A DNA stretch of 64,000 nt from Deltaproteobacteria bacterium (GTDB lineage: Bacteria; UBA10199; JACPAL01), in contig JACPAK010000001.1 in NCBI GenBank assembly GCA_016180845.1, positions 86,836 to 150,835 of the forward strand, in the 5' to 3' direction. Of the stretch, positions 27,092 through 37,324 are shown in pieces (the stretch's first letter is position 1; the number at the start of each line of letters is the position of its first letter). The position numbers were made by a program, and so were the translations under genes. A model generated the notes under the pieces. It did no database searches. It was not told where the DNA came from and saw only the letters and a list, made by a program, of their open reading frames with translations.

Positions 27092-28491
27092 TGCTGAGGA
27101 TTATTATTGGGAGGTGTTGGGTCAACGACCGTTTGTGAAATCTCTGTCGCGGTGACTGCTGCCCCGGAGACAGGTGTGAAGGAGGTATTAATCTTGAATG
27201 TGGTGTCTCCGTTGATTTCAGCGGGAAGTTGGAAGGCGACATTTTTTGAAATCTCGGCTCCTTTGGCAAGATTTGACATACACTCAATCTTCTGCCCCAG
27301 ATTGTTACACCCTTCAGGAGTCGATTGAATCGTAGAAGAGCCGGTCAATTCGACAATCAATTTTGCCCCTGTCAGATCCCTCTGACTGTTATTGCGAGCG
27401 AGTGCGCGAACAGTCACCGTCTGGCCGAGACCCAAGGATCCTGAGAGAATGGAGTGTTCCACAACCAACTCAGGTTGTTTTTCGACCTTGAAGAGGTGTT
27501 TATGGAGGGTAATGGTTTGATCGTCCGGACAAATCGCTGCCGGAGTAAAGGCAATCTCCCCCGAGGCGCGATCATTTAATTGGAGACAGACCGGATCACA
27601 CTTGATCTCCCCTCCCGGAATTCCTGTCGACCCACCGGTGGAAGAGGGCATGTCTACCGGAATCGTCATCTGCCGTGTCACGACATCAAACTGGAGTCCT
27701 CCTTGAGGGGAACCGCACGGCTCCAACCCTTCGGGAAGGGCAAAAGGTTCCAATTTGCATCGCACGGGGTAACAAACCGAGGCGTTGGTCCGCTCACCCA
27801 CCGTCATTGTCTTGGTCTCAGGGACAGCGATCTTGGCAATGATCTTGTCATATTTCGGAGCAACCGCGACATTGATCTCCACAACACCTATCCCCTCACG
27901 ACAGGCCTCCAAGGCACCCACCTGTTGTTTCACCCCAGAATCTGTTGTCGTCGTTTTGGAATCTGATGTGTCAGCTTTTTCGTCAGTCGTCTTTTTCTGA
28001 TCCTCGTTTCCTGAACCTTGCTGGCTTCCGGAGGTTGTCTCACCGGATGTCGTACCGCCTGATGCTGTTTGACCCGACTGCTGCTGGCTTCCCCCTGCCG
28101 TCCCCTGATTCGTCTCTAACGCCGCGAGTTGAACTTGCTGTGGTCTCGGCAAAATCGCAACTGCCTGAGAGATCAGCGAGGCCTGCTGGATCTTCACACA
28201 ATACTTGGCCTTTCCCGGGGTTTTGGCCTCTGTTGAATTTCCTGAATCTCCAGAAGGTTCGATCTTCGACGGATCAATTTCCAGTTTAAACTTTCCATCC
28301 CGATCGGTCACCACGTCTCCATGGGCCTTTCCTTCGCGATTGACCGAGATGATAACACCAGCCAAGACAGGTTCGGTCTCTTCCTTGTTAAGATTATTGT
28401 TTTCATCGAGATAGATCTGACCGTTTATCACGGTGCCACAACCGGCTGTCAGGAGGATAAAAAGGGAAATTCCAAGAAGTCGCCTATCCAT
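27088..28491 (-). CDS. lipoprotein with carboxypeptidase-regulatory-like domain, S/T/Q-rich linker and DUF11-like C-terminal repeat
   Basis: Lipobox LLTAGC after MDRRLLGISLFI. Start chosen at the internal ATG at 28491. A low-complexity TAGGSQQQSGQTASGG segment is present. Confidence 0.5.
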   Translation of the reverse strand: MDRRLLGISLFILLTAGCGTVINGQIYLDENNNLNKEETEPVLAGVIISVNREGKAHGDVVTDRDGKFKLEIDPSKIEPSGDSGNSTEAKTPGKAKYCVKIQQASLISQAVAILPRPQQVQLAALETNQGTAGGSQQQSGQTASGGTTSGETTSGSQQGSGNEDQKKTTDEKADTSDSKTTTTDSGVKQQVGALEACREGIGVVEINVAVAPKYDKIIAKIAVPETKTMTVGERTNASVCYPVRCKLEPFALPEGLEPCGSPQGGLQFDVVTRQMTIPVDMPSSTGGSTGIPGGEIKCDPVCLQLNDRASGEIAFTPAAICPDDQTITLHKHLFKVEKQPELVVEHSILSGSLGLGQTVTVRALARNNSQRDLTGAKLIVELTGSSTIQSTPEGCNNLGQKIECMSNLAKGAEISKNVAFQLPAEINGDTTFKINTSFTPVSGAAVTATEISQTVVDPTPPNNNPQQ

Positions 28492-28513
28492 CACGGTTTG
28501 AGAGTATACAGAC

Positions 28514-29539
28514 TTATGTCTCCTTCTGCAAGTAAACTGTCCGAACGGGAAACGGGATCGAGATCCCTTCCTTCTGATAACGCTGATGGAGCCTCTTGAT
28601 GAATTCATGTTTGAGCAGGAACTGATCGGTATATTCCCGAGCCCTGAGAGCGACGGAAAAATTAATACTCGAATCCCCAAAGGTATGAAAGCGAACCACC
28701 GGTTCGAATCCCGGAATACCCCCCGTCACCGATTTCATCACGTCTCGCGCAATCTCGACTGTCACTGTCTCCACCTTTTCCAATGAACTGGAATAATCAA
28801 CACCCACGTCAACCGTGAAGGCCATCTCCTTATCGGGGTAATGGTAGTTCGTAATGACACTGCCGGACAATTTAGAGTTCGGAATGACAACGATATTGTT
28901 CGGAAGAAGCCGAATCCGGACCCCCCTCCAGCCGATCGACTCAACGTAACCGCAATCACCTGATTCGAGCTTCACGAAGTCCCCCACTCGAACCGGCTTG
29001 TCGATCAGGATGTAAAATCCTGAGAAAAGGTTAGCGAGCGCATCCTGTAGGGCCAAGGCAATTGCGATACTCCCCACACCCAGTGAAGCGATGATCGGCG
29101 TGATCGAGATCCCCGCCGTATCCAGGAAGATCAGCAGAAAAAGGGCATAGACGCCGATCGTGATAAAAACACGAATCAGGCTGGAATAATTTTTAAAAGA
29201 CTCGTGATTCGAAACATAGCGACGATGGAGCTCGAGAAGGATCTTCTGAATAAAGAGGGCAAACCCGAAGATCGCAAGGAGCCGCGCCAAGAGTCCGATT
29301 GTCCTTTGCCAATTATCAGAAAGGGACAAAAAAGGTGGGAGAAGCCCAACCACTCCAGCCAACAAAAAAAGCGTGACGGGCCGATCCAACGCCTCAACAA
29401 TCAGATCATCCCATTTCCCTTCCGTCCGTTCGGTCCATTTTCTGAGCAAACGAAAGATAAATTTCTTAAGCAGAAAGAGGACAACGGCACCCGCCGGAAT
29501 AATAAGGAGCGAACCCCACTGAGGTAGATCGTGTGACAT
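28514..29539 (-). CDS. mechanosensitive ion channel, MscS family
   Basis: TM3 and beta-domain signature GVGSIAIALALQDALANLFSGFYILIDKPVRVGDFV. Confidence 0.85.
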   Translation of the reverse strand: MSHDLPQWGSLLIIPAGAVVLFLLKKFIFRLLRKWTERTEGKWDDLIVEALDRPVTLFLLAGVVGLLPPFLSLSDNWQRTIGLLARLLAIFGFALFIQKILLELHRRYVSNHESFKNYSSLIRVFITIGVYALFLLIFLDTAGISITPIIASLGVGSIAIALALQDALANLFSGFYILIDKPVRVGDFVKLESGDCGYVESIGWRGVRIRLLPNNIVVIPNSKLSGSVITNYHYPDKEMAFTVDVGVDYSSSLEKVETVTVEIARDVMKSVTGGIPGFEPVVRFHTFGDSSINFSVALRAREYTDQFLLKHEFIKRLHQRYQKEGISIPFPVRTVYLQKET

Positions 29540-29541
29540 CT

Positions 29542-30288
29542 TTACGCCGCTCGCCTCACATTTTCACGAATGAGTGTGGCAAAACCATAAAAAAACTTGT
29601 GGCACAACTTTGCGAGATCCGGGAGATAGCTCGGGATCTCGTCTAAAATCTTTTCCGGATCCATTCCGGAACGATGAAGCCCATCACGCTCCGAAGCGAC
29701 CCATTTTTTGATCATCTCTTCCGTCATTTCCGGATGAAACTGGATCCCCACGGCGTTTCCCTGATAACAAAACATCTGCACCGGATAATGATCATTCCAG
29801 GCGAGACGATACCCCTCGACCGGGAGATCAAAAAGATCTCCATGCCAATGAAAAACAATATGCTGTTTTGAAAGATCGCATTGAAAGGTCAGCGGATTCC
29901 TCTTCGAAAACCAATCATCGAAACGAATCCAATGCCAGCCGATCTCTTTCTTCGGCCCTTTCCTCACCTCAGCCCCGGCGGCATGGGCAAGAAGCTGAGA
30001 ACCCAGACAGATCCCCAAAATTGGCATCTTCAGACGTAATGCCTCACGGAGGAGGAGAAATTCCTTCTCCATCCAGGGATAACGCCCATTCTTCATTTCA
30101 TAAACAGACATTGGTCCACCGAGACTGATGACCGCACTGTACTTCTCTTCCAGTTCCTTTCCTGTCGGAAATTGCGGATTTCGATAGACCTCGAGAATCT
30201 CATATTCCAGATTTTGAAGACGGATCTCCTTCTCAAGATTCCCTAAAGTCTCTGTCTCGGCATGTTGAAAAACGAGAATTTTCTTCAT
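29542..30288 (-). CDS. class-I glutamine amidotransferase-like protein
   Basis: GATase1 triad context: GICLGSQLL (nucleophile Cys) and IQFHPE (His/Glu). Confidence 0.7.
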   Translation of the reverse strand: MKKILVFQHAETETLGNLEKEIRLQNLEYEILEVYRNPQFPTGKELEEKYSAVISLGGPMSVYEMKNGRYPWMEKEFLLLREALRLKMPILGICLGSQLLAHAAGAEVRKGPKKEIGWHWIRFDDWFSKRNPLTFQCDLSKQHIVFHWHGDLFDLPVEGYRLAWNDHYPVQMFCYQGNAVGIQFHPEMTEEMIKKWVASERDGLHRSGMDPEKILDEIPSYLPDLAKLCHKFFYGFATLIRENVRRAA

Positions 30289-30291
30289 GTT

Positions 30292-30696
30292 TCATTCTCC
30301 TCGATAGGAAGCCCAAGCACTCTCGGTCTCCCAGACCTTCACCTCTTCCACAGGTAATTCCTTCTGAACAGCGTAGCGATAAATCTTCCGGGCAATCGCC
30401 TCCGCAGAGGGGTTCGCCTCAAAAACCACGACCGGTTCTCCAAGCTCTCTTAGGGGACCGATCAACGGATCGTCTTTTCGGAGGAGCATTTTGTGATCCA
30501 TCTCCTGATCGATCCAGGTCTTGACCTTAGCGGTGATCTCACCAAAGTCAAAGACGAAATCCCTCTGATCGAGCGTCTCACTCTTCAAGAGAATCTCCAC
30601 CCTCGCATTATGTCCATGCAAGTGGCCACACCCCCCTTCGTGACCCATCAACCGGTGGCCGTAACAAAAGTAAATTGTTTTACAGATTTGAAACAT
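30292..30696 (-). CDS. queD: 6-carboxy-5,6,7,8-tetrahydropterin synthase / 6-pyruvoyl-tetrahydropterin synthase family (QueD-like)
   Basis: 134 aa. Zn/His motif CGHLHGHNARVE and an N-terminal CxxxH context. Fold-size match. Confidence 0.75.
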   Translation of the reverse strand: MFQICKTIYFCYGHRLMGHEGGCGHLHGHNARVEILLKSETLDQRDFVFDFGEITAKVKTWIDQEMDHKMLLRKDDPLIGPLRELGEPVVVFEANPSAEAIARKIYRYAVQKELPVEEVKVWETESAWASYRGE

Positions 30697-31357
30697 TCAA
30701 AAAAACCGCCTTCACAAAATCTTCCACCGTCCCCCACCACTTTTTCGACATTCTTCCCATCACCTTTTTCTGGCGCCCCTTCCCAAGATAGGAGGCTGGC
30801 AGAATCGGACCGGGACAGACGGCAAAAATCTGTATCTTGGGGGGCAGGATCTTGGCAAGCCCTTCGGTAAGGGCGATGAGAGCTGCCTTTGAGATAGAGT
30901 AAGGGAGAAAATTTTTGTCAGGACGACCCCCTCCCCTGTCACCGATATTAATAATCCTCCCCCCTCTTCTCATAAGCGGGGCAATCGACTGGATCAGAAA
31001 AAAAGGGGCCTTCAAATTGATATCCAGAAAGGCATCCCAGTCACCTTCTTTCACACGACCAAAAGGCGCTGGATAAAAAATCGAGGCGTTGTTGATCAGG
31101 ATGTCGATCGAGTAGCCATCGCGCCTTATTTTTCGAACCATTCGAGCGATCGATTTCAGATCGGAAAGCTCCGCCTGATAGGCATCGGATTCCACACTCC
31201 GATTCCGAAGATTAGAAACGAGCGCAAGCGCTTCTCTGCGAGACTTTCCATAATGAATGAGAACGTTCGAGCCTTTAGAGGCGAATCTTTCGGCAAGCGC
31301 CCGCCCCAAACGCCTCGCGGCGCCGGTAATGAGTACTGTTTTTCCTTTAAGATTCAT
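30680..31357 (-). CDS. short-chain dehydrogenase/reductase (pteridine reductase / FolM-like placement)
   Basis: TGAARRLG cofactor motif and YxxxK (YSISK). Overlaps queD and folB ORFs, so the three look like one operon. Confidence 0.7.
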   Translation of the reverse strand: MNLKGKTVLITGAARRLGRALAERFASKGSNVLIHYGKSRREALALVSNLRNRSVESDAYQAELSDLKSIARMVRKIRRDGYSIDILINNASIFYPAPFGRVKEGDWDAFLDINLKAPFFLIQSIAPLMRRGGRIINIGDRGGGRPDKNFLPYSISKAALIALTEGLAKILPPKIQIFAVCPGPILPASYLGKGRQKKVMGRMSKKWWGTVEDFVKAVFLNVSNL

Positions 31358-31697
31358 CAGAGCTGACCTTCACAGAAACCGAATCGGCGAACCGGAGGGC
31401 GAATGGTTTCTCAACCTCGACCGTCGCACGAAGGACCTTCCTGTTTTTCATCACAAGTTTGAGAATTTCACTGGCTAATTTCTCGATCAGGAAATAACGC
31501 GACGATTCGACATGTCGAATAATCGCCTTCGTCATCGGCTTATAATTAACCGTATCTTTCAATCGATCTGTCTTGCATGCCTTTTGGGCATCAATATCCA
31601 TCTCAATATGAACAACAATGTCTTGTTTGACCTTTCTTTCCCAGTCATCGGTCCCAATAATCGTCCTGAGTCTCAGGCTTTTGATTCGGAGGATCAT
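31347..31697 (-). CDS. folB: dihydroneopterin aldolase family (FolB/FolX-like)
   Basis: 116 aa. Tunnel-fold motifs GTDDWER and KPMTKAIIRHVE resemble FolB. Confidence 0.65.
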   Translation of the reverse strand: MILRIKSLRLRTIIGTDDWERKVKQDIVVHIEMDIDAQKACKTDRLKDTVNYKPMTKAIIRHVESSRYFLIEKLASEILKLVMKNRKVLRATVEVEKPFALRFADSVSVKVSSDES

Positions 31698-31915
31698 GGT
31701 CCTGCCTTAGCGTCGATGGATCTGACTCGTCAAGCAGGCATCCCGATCATTTTGAGTTCTGTTCTAGCAGTAACCATCTCATCGATTCAAGCGGCGGCAG
31801 ACAAGGTGGGATTGTCGACTCATTTCAATCGGGTTGTTAGAGAAAAAACTAGCAACTCAAAGGGCTGAATGCCGAAGAGCAGGGTAAGTTTTTCTTGTCT
31901 ATCAAGGAGGTCCTC

Positions 31916-32626
31916 ATGAGATTACGAACTTTACTGGGTATCGCAGCTGGCCTTGGAGGAGGTGCAGCCCTGTTAACTGTAGCATACCAGCGGCGACAGG
32001 CCGCTTCTCGTGAAATTCATAAGATGATGATCAGTCGGGATAGGATCAATTTTTATGTCAGCGATGTCAGCTATGGAAGGCCGTGTGTGAGCTCAGATGG
32101 AGGAGACTCAAACAGGACTTATTACAGCAGGACTTATTACAGTCAGATCGTCGGTAGCGCCCTCGCCCCTCATGAGCCTACCTATATCACTCCTAAAGGT
32201 TCGGAACCTACTTGCGGGTGGACTAATGAAACATATGAAGTGACTGATCCTCATCGACAAATATTCGAAACCGCCCAACGTCATTGGGGTCGCCTACAAA
32301 AGTTTTTTACCTTAACTGAAATCCGCTTGGCCTCATCCTGCCATCCCCTGACCGAGGCCGATTGGAGAGATCAACTTCACTTGAAACCGGAACCGATCGT
32401 TGACTCGGCGGTGATCTGTAAATTGGGCGCGTCACAAGCCCAACCCAATGGCGAGGCAACAGTTGTCGTAGAGTCTTTACACAATGGACGCAGCTTCTCA
32501 ACCCGCGTTTATCTGAATGTCGACGGCGCCCCTCAACCTCCTCTTGTCTGGATGGACGACTCTTGGTCTACCAATGTCAAGAAGGTGAGGGAACTACACG
32601 CCACAGGATCGTCGGGAAACGACTAA
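31916..32626 (+). CDS. hypothetical membrane-anchored or secreted protein
   Basis: RBS AAGGAGG precedes the ATG at 31916. N-terminal hydrophobic segment LLGIAAGLGGGAALL. No known domain. Confidence 0.45.
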   Translation: MRLRTLLGIAAGLGGGAALLTVAYQRRQAASREIHKMMISRDRINFYVSDVSYGRPCVSSDGGDSNRTYYSRTYYSQIVGSALAPHEPTYITPKGSEPTCGWTNETYEVTDPHRQIFETAQRHWGRLQKFFTLTEIRLASSCHPLTEADWRDQLHLKPEPIVDSAVICKLGASQAQPNGEATVVVESLHNGRSFSTRVYLNVDGAPQPPLVWMDDSWSTNVKKVRELHATGSSGND

Positions 32627-34194
32627 AGAAGCCGCTCGTACTGCTCAATCCCATACTTCCAAACCGGCACGCCGCAGTACCGATCCCCCTCGGGACAGTA
32701 CGGTTTGATCCCCGCCCCTTTTCTTAAATAACAAGGGGCAAGGATATGTCGTGCAATCCGCGGATGGATCTCCTGCACCTGTTTCAGTTCATCGATCGTC
32801 GCGAAGAAGATCTCCTCTTGCGCATCGTAACAGGCGCGCGTGCGCCATTTATGATGCAGATTCAAGAGATCCCCCGACTCCTGAAACCGGATCGGAAAGG
32901 CGTTCGGCAAGAGGTAGAGCGCGAATTCAGGAGAGACCCCATCACTCAAGAGATCATTGATCCCTCGGAAAATCTTCCGCATCGCCTCTTCGTAAACTTG
33001 TCGAGGCCCGTCGTTCTCCCGAATCAGCATTGGCGAAATATAATCCGGCTCTCCGGTATAATGAGCGAACAGGATCGGGCGCGAGGCCGGGGTCATCCGG
33101 TGACGTTGATCCTGCGAGTCAGCGGTATGCGAGATCTTTTTCTGAAAGGTGTAGTGAGGATGGGCCATCGTCCGTGTCAGCTTGGAGAGCGTTGTGAGAT
33201 TGAGCGTATCTCCAAAATAGGAATTCTTTGCCGGATTCATAACAAGATCGATCGCCTCATCATCGACAAGTTGCGCTTTGAAAAGGCCCAGCACCTCCCG
33301 CACCGACTGGGCTAGGACCGCCTCGGCGTTTGATTTGTAGTCAACGAGCCTTGAATCATGCCCGTCGAGAGATTGATCAAACTCCCGGATAAATTCCTTA
33401 TTTCTTGCGGGATTAAATCTGCCAAATTTTTCTGAAAAGAACCGGTACTCAGGCGTCTCTTCCAGAGGAATTGGATCTTTGAGCTCCTTTTTAAAATCAG
33501 GATCCGCCTCGCAGACCGCATCAACCATCTTCTGGACCACATAACGCTGCTCAAAAGGGGTATCGAACAATTCTGACAATCGGTAGTAGCGCAAAAGTGT
33601 CAGGGCACTTACCGTATGGTACATGTAAGAATGTGTCGCGACCGGCAGGATATACCGAGCGATTTCATAGGCCCGTTTTTTCAGTTTCGCTTCGTAAATC
33701 TTTTCTGACTTTTCCCGTGCCGGAAAAATTTTAAAGAATCTTCGCCGAATATCCGGAAGAAGAAGCTCAATGAGTCGATTATAGGTCTCCATCTGGAGGT
33801 TGACGACCTCAAGATACCGATCCTTCTGCCGATCCTTGAGTGGAGGGATCGTGAAATGGCCGGGGGCGACCTTCACGTATCTCTGACTCACCTGTTCTGA
33901 ATTGTAAAAAGGATGGCTGTGCAGAAACGACCAGATGAAGTGGCGTGAAATTTTATCGAGCGCAAAGACAAAACTTCCATGCTGCCGGGTTGTCAGATGT
34001 CCCGCCTCGAGGGTTGACTTCGCAATCTTATCCCGAAGCGCAAGGGCCGCTGAATCCTTAACGACATCCGCCGTCGTCAGGATCCCCTTCGAGGAGTAAC
34101 AGGTCCTCGCCGCAGCGATAGAGAGATTGTATGGTTCCCCAATAAACCCAGCTAAGGTAACAACAGGTGGCTCTGAGAGGAAGACTTCTGTCAT
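32623..34194 (-). CDS. thyX: FAD-dependent thymidylate synthase ThyX, long (523-aa) form
   Basis: ThyX signatures AARTCYSS, GH..T..HGSFVF and the RH...S....SQRY motif (ISRHFIWSFLHSHPFYNSEQVSQRYV). Confidence 0.7.
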   Translation of the reverse strand: MTEVFLSEPPVVTLAGFIGEPYNLSIAAARTCYSSKGILTTADVVKDSAALALRDKIAKSTLEAGHLTTRQHGSFVFALDKISRHFIWSFLHSHPFYNSEQVSQRYVKVAPGHFTIPPLKDRQKDRYLEVVNLQMETYNRLIELLLPDIRRRFFKIFPAREKSEKIYEAKLKKRAYEIARYILPVATHSYMYHTVSALTLLRYYRLSELFDTPFEQRYVVQKMVDAVCEADPDFKKELKDPIPLEETPEYRFFSEKFGRFNPARNKEFIREFDQSLDGHDSRLVDYKSNAEAVLAQSVREVLGLFKAQLVDDEAIDLVMNPAKNSYFGDTLNLTTLSKLTRTMAHPHYTFQKKISHTADSQDQRHRMTPASRPILFAHYTGEPDYISPMLIRENDGPRQVYEEAMRKIFRGINDLLSDGVSPEFALYLLPNAFPIRFQESGDLLNLHHKWRTRACYDAQEEIFFATIDELKQVQEIHPRIARHILAPCYLRKGAGIKPYCPEGDRYCGVPVWKYGIEQYERLL

Positions 34195-34905
34195 CTACTT
34201 CTTTACATGAAGCCCGCATTCCTTGGTCTCCGGATTTTCCCACCACCAGCGACCGGCGCGCTCATTCTCTCCAGGTTTCACGGCGCGTGTGCAGGGGGCA
34301 CAACCGATCGAAGGATAACCGGCATCATGGAGTTTGTTGTAGGGGACCCCGTTCTTTTTGATGTAGTCCCAAACCTGATCCTTCGTCCAATCAGCGATCG
34401 GATTCACCTTGATCATCTTGTTATGCGCCTCATCAACTTCAATCTTGGCCACAGCGGTTCGGGTCACGGACTGTTCCCGTCTTAAACCTGTCACCCAGGC
34501 ATCGAGCCCCTTTAACGCACGATTCAGCGGCTCGACCTTGCGAATACCGCAACATTCCTTCCGGTTCTCGATCGAGTCATAGAAAAGATTCATCCCCTTC
34601 TCTCTGACCATCGCCTCGACCGTATCCCACTTCGGGAACATCACCTCGAGCTTGATCCCGTATCGCTCACGAACCCGATCCATGACATCATAGGTCTCGG
34701 GATTCAGACGACCGGTATCGAGGGTAAAAATCCGCGCCTTCGGGTTGATCTTCACCATTATATCGATCAGGACCACATCCTCAGCCCCAAAGCTGGAGGC
34801 GAGCGCGATCCGCGGATGGTAGGTCTGGAGGGCCCATTTTAAGACCTCTTCAGCGCTCTTTTCCTCCATCTCCTGGGCTTTCTCAGCGACAGCAACTCCT
34901 GCCAT
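34195..34905 (-). CDS. cysH: adenylyl-sulfate/phosphoadenylyl-sulfate reductase (CysH, FeS-type with CC...CxxC and ECGLH)
   Basis: PAPS-reductase fold motifs. KECCGIRKVEP, SIGCAPCT and the C-terminal ECGLH are all present. Confidence 0.85.
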   Translation of the reverse strand: MAGVAVAEKAQEMEEKSAEEVLKWALQTYHPRIALASSFGAEDVVLIDIMVKINPKARIFTLDTGRLNPETYDVMDRVRERYGIKLEVMFPKWDTVEAMVREKGMNLFYDSIENRKECCGIRKVEPLNRALKGLDAWVTGLRREQSVTRTAVAKIEVDEAHNKMIKVNPIADWTKDQVWDYIKKNGVPYNKLHDAGYPSIGCAPCTRAVKPGENERAGRWWWENPETKECGLHVKK

Positions 34906-34954
34906 AAAAATCTCCTTCCCTATTGAGTGAGTTTATTAGGTTGGCGGTAACTTT

Positions 34955-36607
34955 TCAAACTACTTCTGTCAACTCTTCCTCTTCAGAATCGCGTCTCCGA
35001 TCTTGGTGGTCTCCCTGTTGTTCTTGACCCTCTGCCGCCTCTTCAGGTTCTGGGACCTCGGGCAGGTCCTCGGAAACTTCTTCGGCATGGATCTCATACT
35101 CCAGCACCTGAGCCACTGCCTCTATTTGGGTGCTGTAATCACTCCCTCGAGGCTTGAGGGCGCTTGTGTCCATTGGGAAACTGACGATGCGAGGCTGCAT
35201 CTGAGGGGTGAAACAAAAGTAGGTAGCCGATGATTCTGGAGCAAGGGGTGAAAATTCCACAGAACCAAAAAGGCCTCTGGATCGCCCTCCCTCAAGTAGC
35301 AATTTCCCTTCCCCTCTCCGCTCCCCTGACAACGAAACTCGTTTTCGTTTCAATAAAGAAGTCCTACCCCTCGGAGCTGGAATGACTGAAGGGCTATCCT
35401 GCCCAGGGAGATCAGATGCCGCCAAGACCAAAGATTGCTGTTGGATCAAGGAAGGGATAAAACCGGCCTCGGGAGGAAGGGCCCCTGAAACCCCATTCCC
35501 CCTTTCCGACAACTCATACGGCATCAGATAGGAATTTCTAGCTTTAGCAAAAAGAGGAGCAAGCCCCTCTCTCGTCCCTGCAGGTGAGGCCTCTCTCTCG
35601 GAATTTTCCAACACAACTCTCGTCTCTGCATCTCCTCCATCCGGAGTCAAAGAATCCTCTCTCATCGGGAGGAGTGGTGGAACCGCTTCCCCTCTCCTCT
35701 CCCTCACAGGAGCAGGCGGTGGAGAACTGTCACCCCTTAAATATCGATTTGTCAAAAGGATCCAGGTCGCTACAGGCCTGTCAGCCTCTAGTATTTGACC
35801 GCTGCGATCACGATATGGGTATTGAAAAGTAAGGGCTCTTGGCTGTTCGATAGCGATCGGACGTCCAATCTTCGCATCCACCATCCTGACGGTATGAAGG
35901 ATATGAATCCCTTTTCCCTGAGGAGCTAATGGGAAGGATCTGCCAAGAGAAGAAGTACTTTTTTGTGGAGATAAAGCCGGTGGACGGGTCGAAGGAGCAA
36001 TCTCTATCGGTTTCTGGAATAAACTCACTCGTCCCTGTTGAGACCATCGGCCACTCACCAAACTAAATTTTTCTAAAGAGGGATCTGAGAAAACGTCAGG
36101 AGACGACACCCTCTGCAATAAATAGGCTACCGCGGCAGTTGCCACTGCAGTGGGAAGCCATCTCACAAGAGGGGTAACGATTCTTTCAAGATGAAGATGG
36201 GTCGCTCCTTTGAAAAGACTCCTCAGACCTGTTACGATAGTCTCTGTATCTACTTTTTTCGAAAGAAAATAGGCACCGGCAATCATCGCCGCCCCAGCAA
36301 CAGCAATTCCTGCTACAGCCATCACTTTTTTAAGATCAAGTTCTTCTTCCTCAACTTGAACGCGAGAAGTCGCTGAGGAGGCAGACTCAGCCGGAACAAA
36401 ACGGTCAATGGGAACTGGTTTTTCAGAAGCGGGAACCCCTGGGACAGGAAGCGAAGCAACAACCGCCTCGATCAAACGAGTCCCGATTGGGGAATAGACC
36501 TCACCCATAAATTCTTTTCCTCTCACATTAAATATCGGGTAACCCTCTGAAATGTTGTTACAAAAACCTGCTTGACAATCATTTTTTCTCACCCTAACCT
36601 TCACCAC
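34955..36607 (-). CDS. Pro/Ser/Glu-rich low-complexity hypothetical protein with one predicted TM helix
   Basis: 550-aa ORF. TM segment [21 protein letters not shown]. Otherwise disordered composition. Start uncertain. Divergent from rpsU. Confidence 0.35.
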   Translation of the reverse strand: MVKVRVRKNDCQAGFCNNISEGYPIFNVRGKEFMGEVYSPIGTRLIEAVVASLPVPGVPASEKPVPIDRFVPAESASSATSRVQVEEEELDLKKVMAVAGIAVAGAAMIAGAYFLSKKVDTETIVTGLRSLFKGATHLHLERIVTPLVRWLPTAVATAAVAYLLQRVSSPDVFSDPSLEKFSLVSGRWSQQGRVSLFQKPIEIAPSTRPPALSPQKSTSSLGRSFPLAPQGKGIHILHTVRMVDAKIGRPIAIEQPRALTFQYPYRDRSGQILEADRPVATWILLTNRYLRGDSSPPPAPVRERRGEAVPPLLPMREDSLTPDGGDAETRVVLENSEREASPAGTREGLAPLFAKARNSYLMPYELSERGNGVSGALPPEAGFIPSLIQQQSLVLAASDLPGQDSPSVIPAPRGRTSLLKRKRVSLSGERRGEGKLLLEGGRSRGLFGSVEFSPLAPESSATYFCFTPQMQPRIVSFPMDTSALKPRGSDYSTQIEAVAQVLEYEIHAEEVSEDLPEVPEPEEAAEGQEQQGDHQDRRRDSEEEELTEVV

Positions 36608-36663
36608 CTTGGCGTTTTGTTAAGACGTTGTTTTTATTTGAATTTTTCAAAGGAGTGCCACAG

Positions 36664-36864
36664 GTGTCAGGCATTAAGATCCGAGAAGGTGAATCATTCG
36701 AAAGCGCTGTCCGGCGATTCAAACGATCTTGCGAAAAGGCGGGTCTGTTAACCGAACTTCGTAAAAGAGAGCATTATGAAAAACCGTCTGTAAGACGAAA
36801 GAAGAAAAAAATCGCAGCAAGGAAAAGGGCGCTGAAAAAATTCCGTATTAGGGAGCCCTGGTAA
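36664..36864 (+). CDS. rpsU: 30S ribosomal protein S21
   Basis: [38 protein letters not shown] matches S21. GTG start with RBS AAGGAG upstream. Confidence 0.9.
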   Translation: MSGIKIREGESFESAVRRFKRSCEKAGLLTELRKREHYEKPSVRRKKKKIAARKRALKKFRIREPW

Positions 36865-36869
36865 GTTCC

Positions 36870-37313
36870 ATGTCAATCCAAGAAGAACTCAAGAAAGGCG
36901 CTATTGCAGCCGCCAAGTCCAAGGATCAAATCAAGCTAGATACGATCCGGATGGCCTCATCGGCCATCAAATACAAGGAGATTGAAAAGCGAGGAGTCTT
37001 AAACGAAGATGAAATCCAGCGCGTGCTCGCGACTCTCTGCAAACAGAGGCGGGAGTCGATCGAGCAATTTGAAAAAGGGGGAAGAAAGGATCTCGTTGAG
37101 AAGGAAAAACGTGAGCTCGAGATTCTGAAGGCGTTTCTTCCTCCGGAACTTCCTGAAGAAGAAATTCGAAAAAAAGTAAAAGAGATTATTGGATCTATGG
37201 GCGCTACCTCACCGAAGGATATTGGAAAAGTGATGAGGGTTTTGATGAAGGAGTTGGCGGGACAGGCCGACGGATCGGTTGTGGGGAAGATTGTCCAGGA
37301 TCTTCTGAAATAA
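36870..37313 (+). CDS. GatB/YqeY domain protein
   Basis: 147 aa. Conserved position between rpsU and dnaG. YqeY-like sequence. Confidence 0.75.
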   Translation: MSIQEELKKGAIAAAKSKDQIKLDTIRMASSAIKYKEIEKRGVLNEDEIQRVLATLCKQRRESIEQFEKGGRKDLVEKEKRELEILKAFLPPELPEEEIRKKVKEIIGSMGATSPKDIGKVMRVLMKELAGQADGSVVGKIVQDLLK

Positions 37314-37324
37314 GGGGGCTTCCT

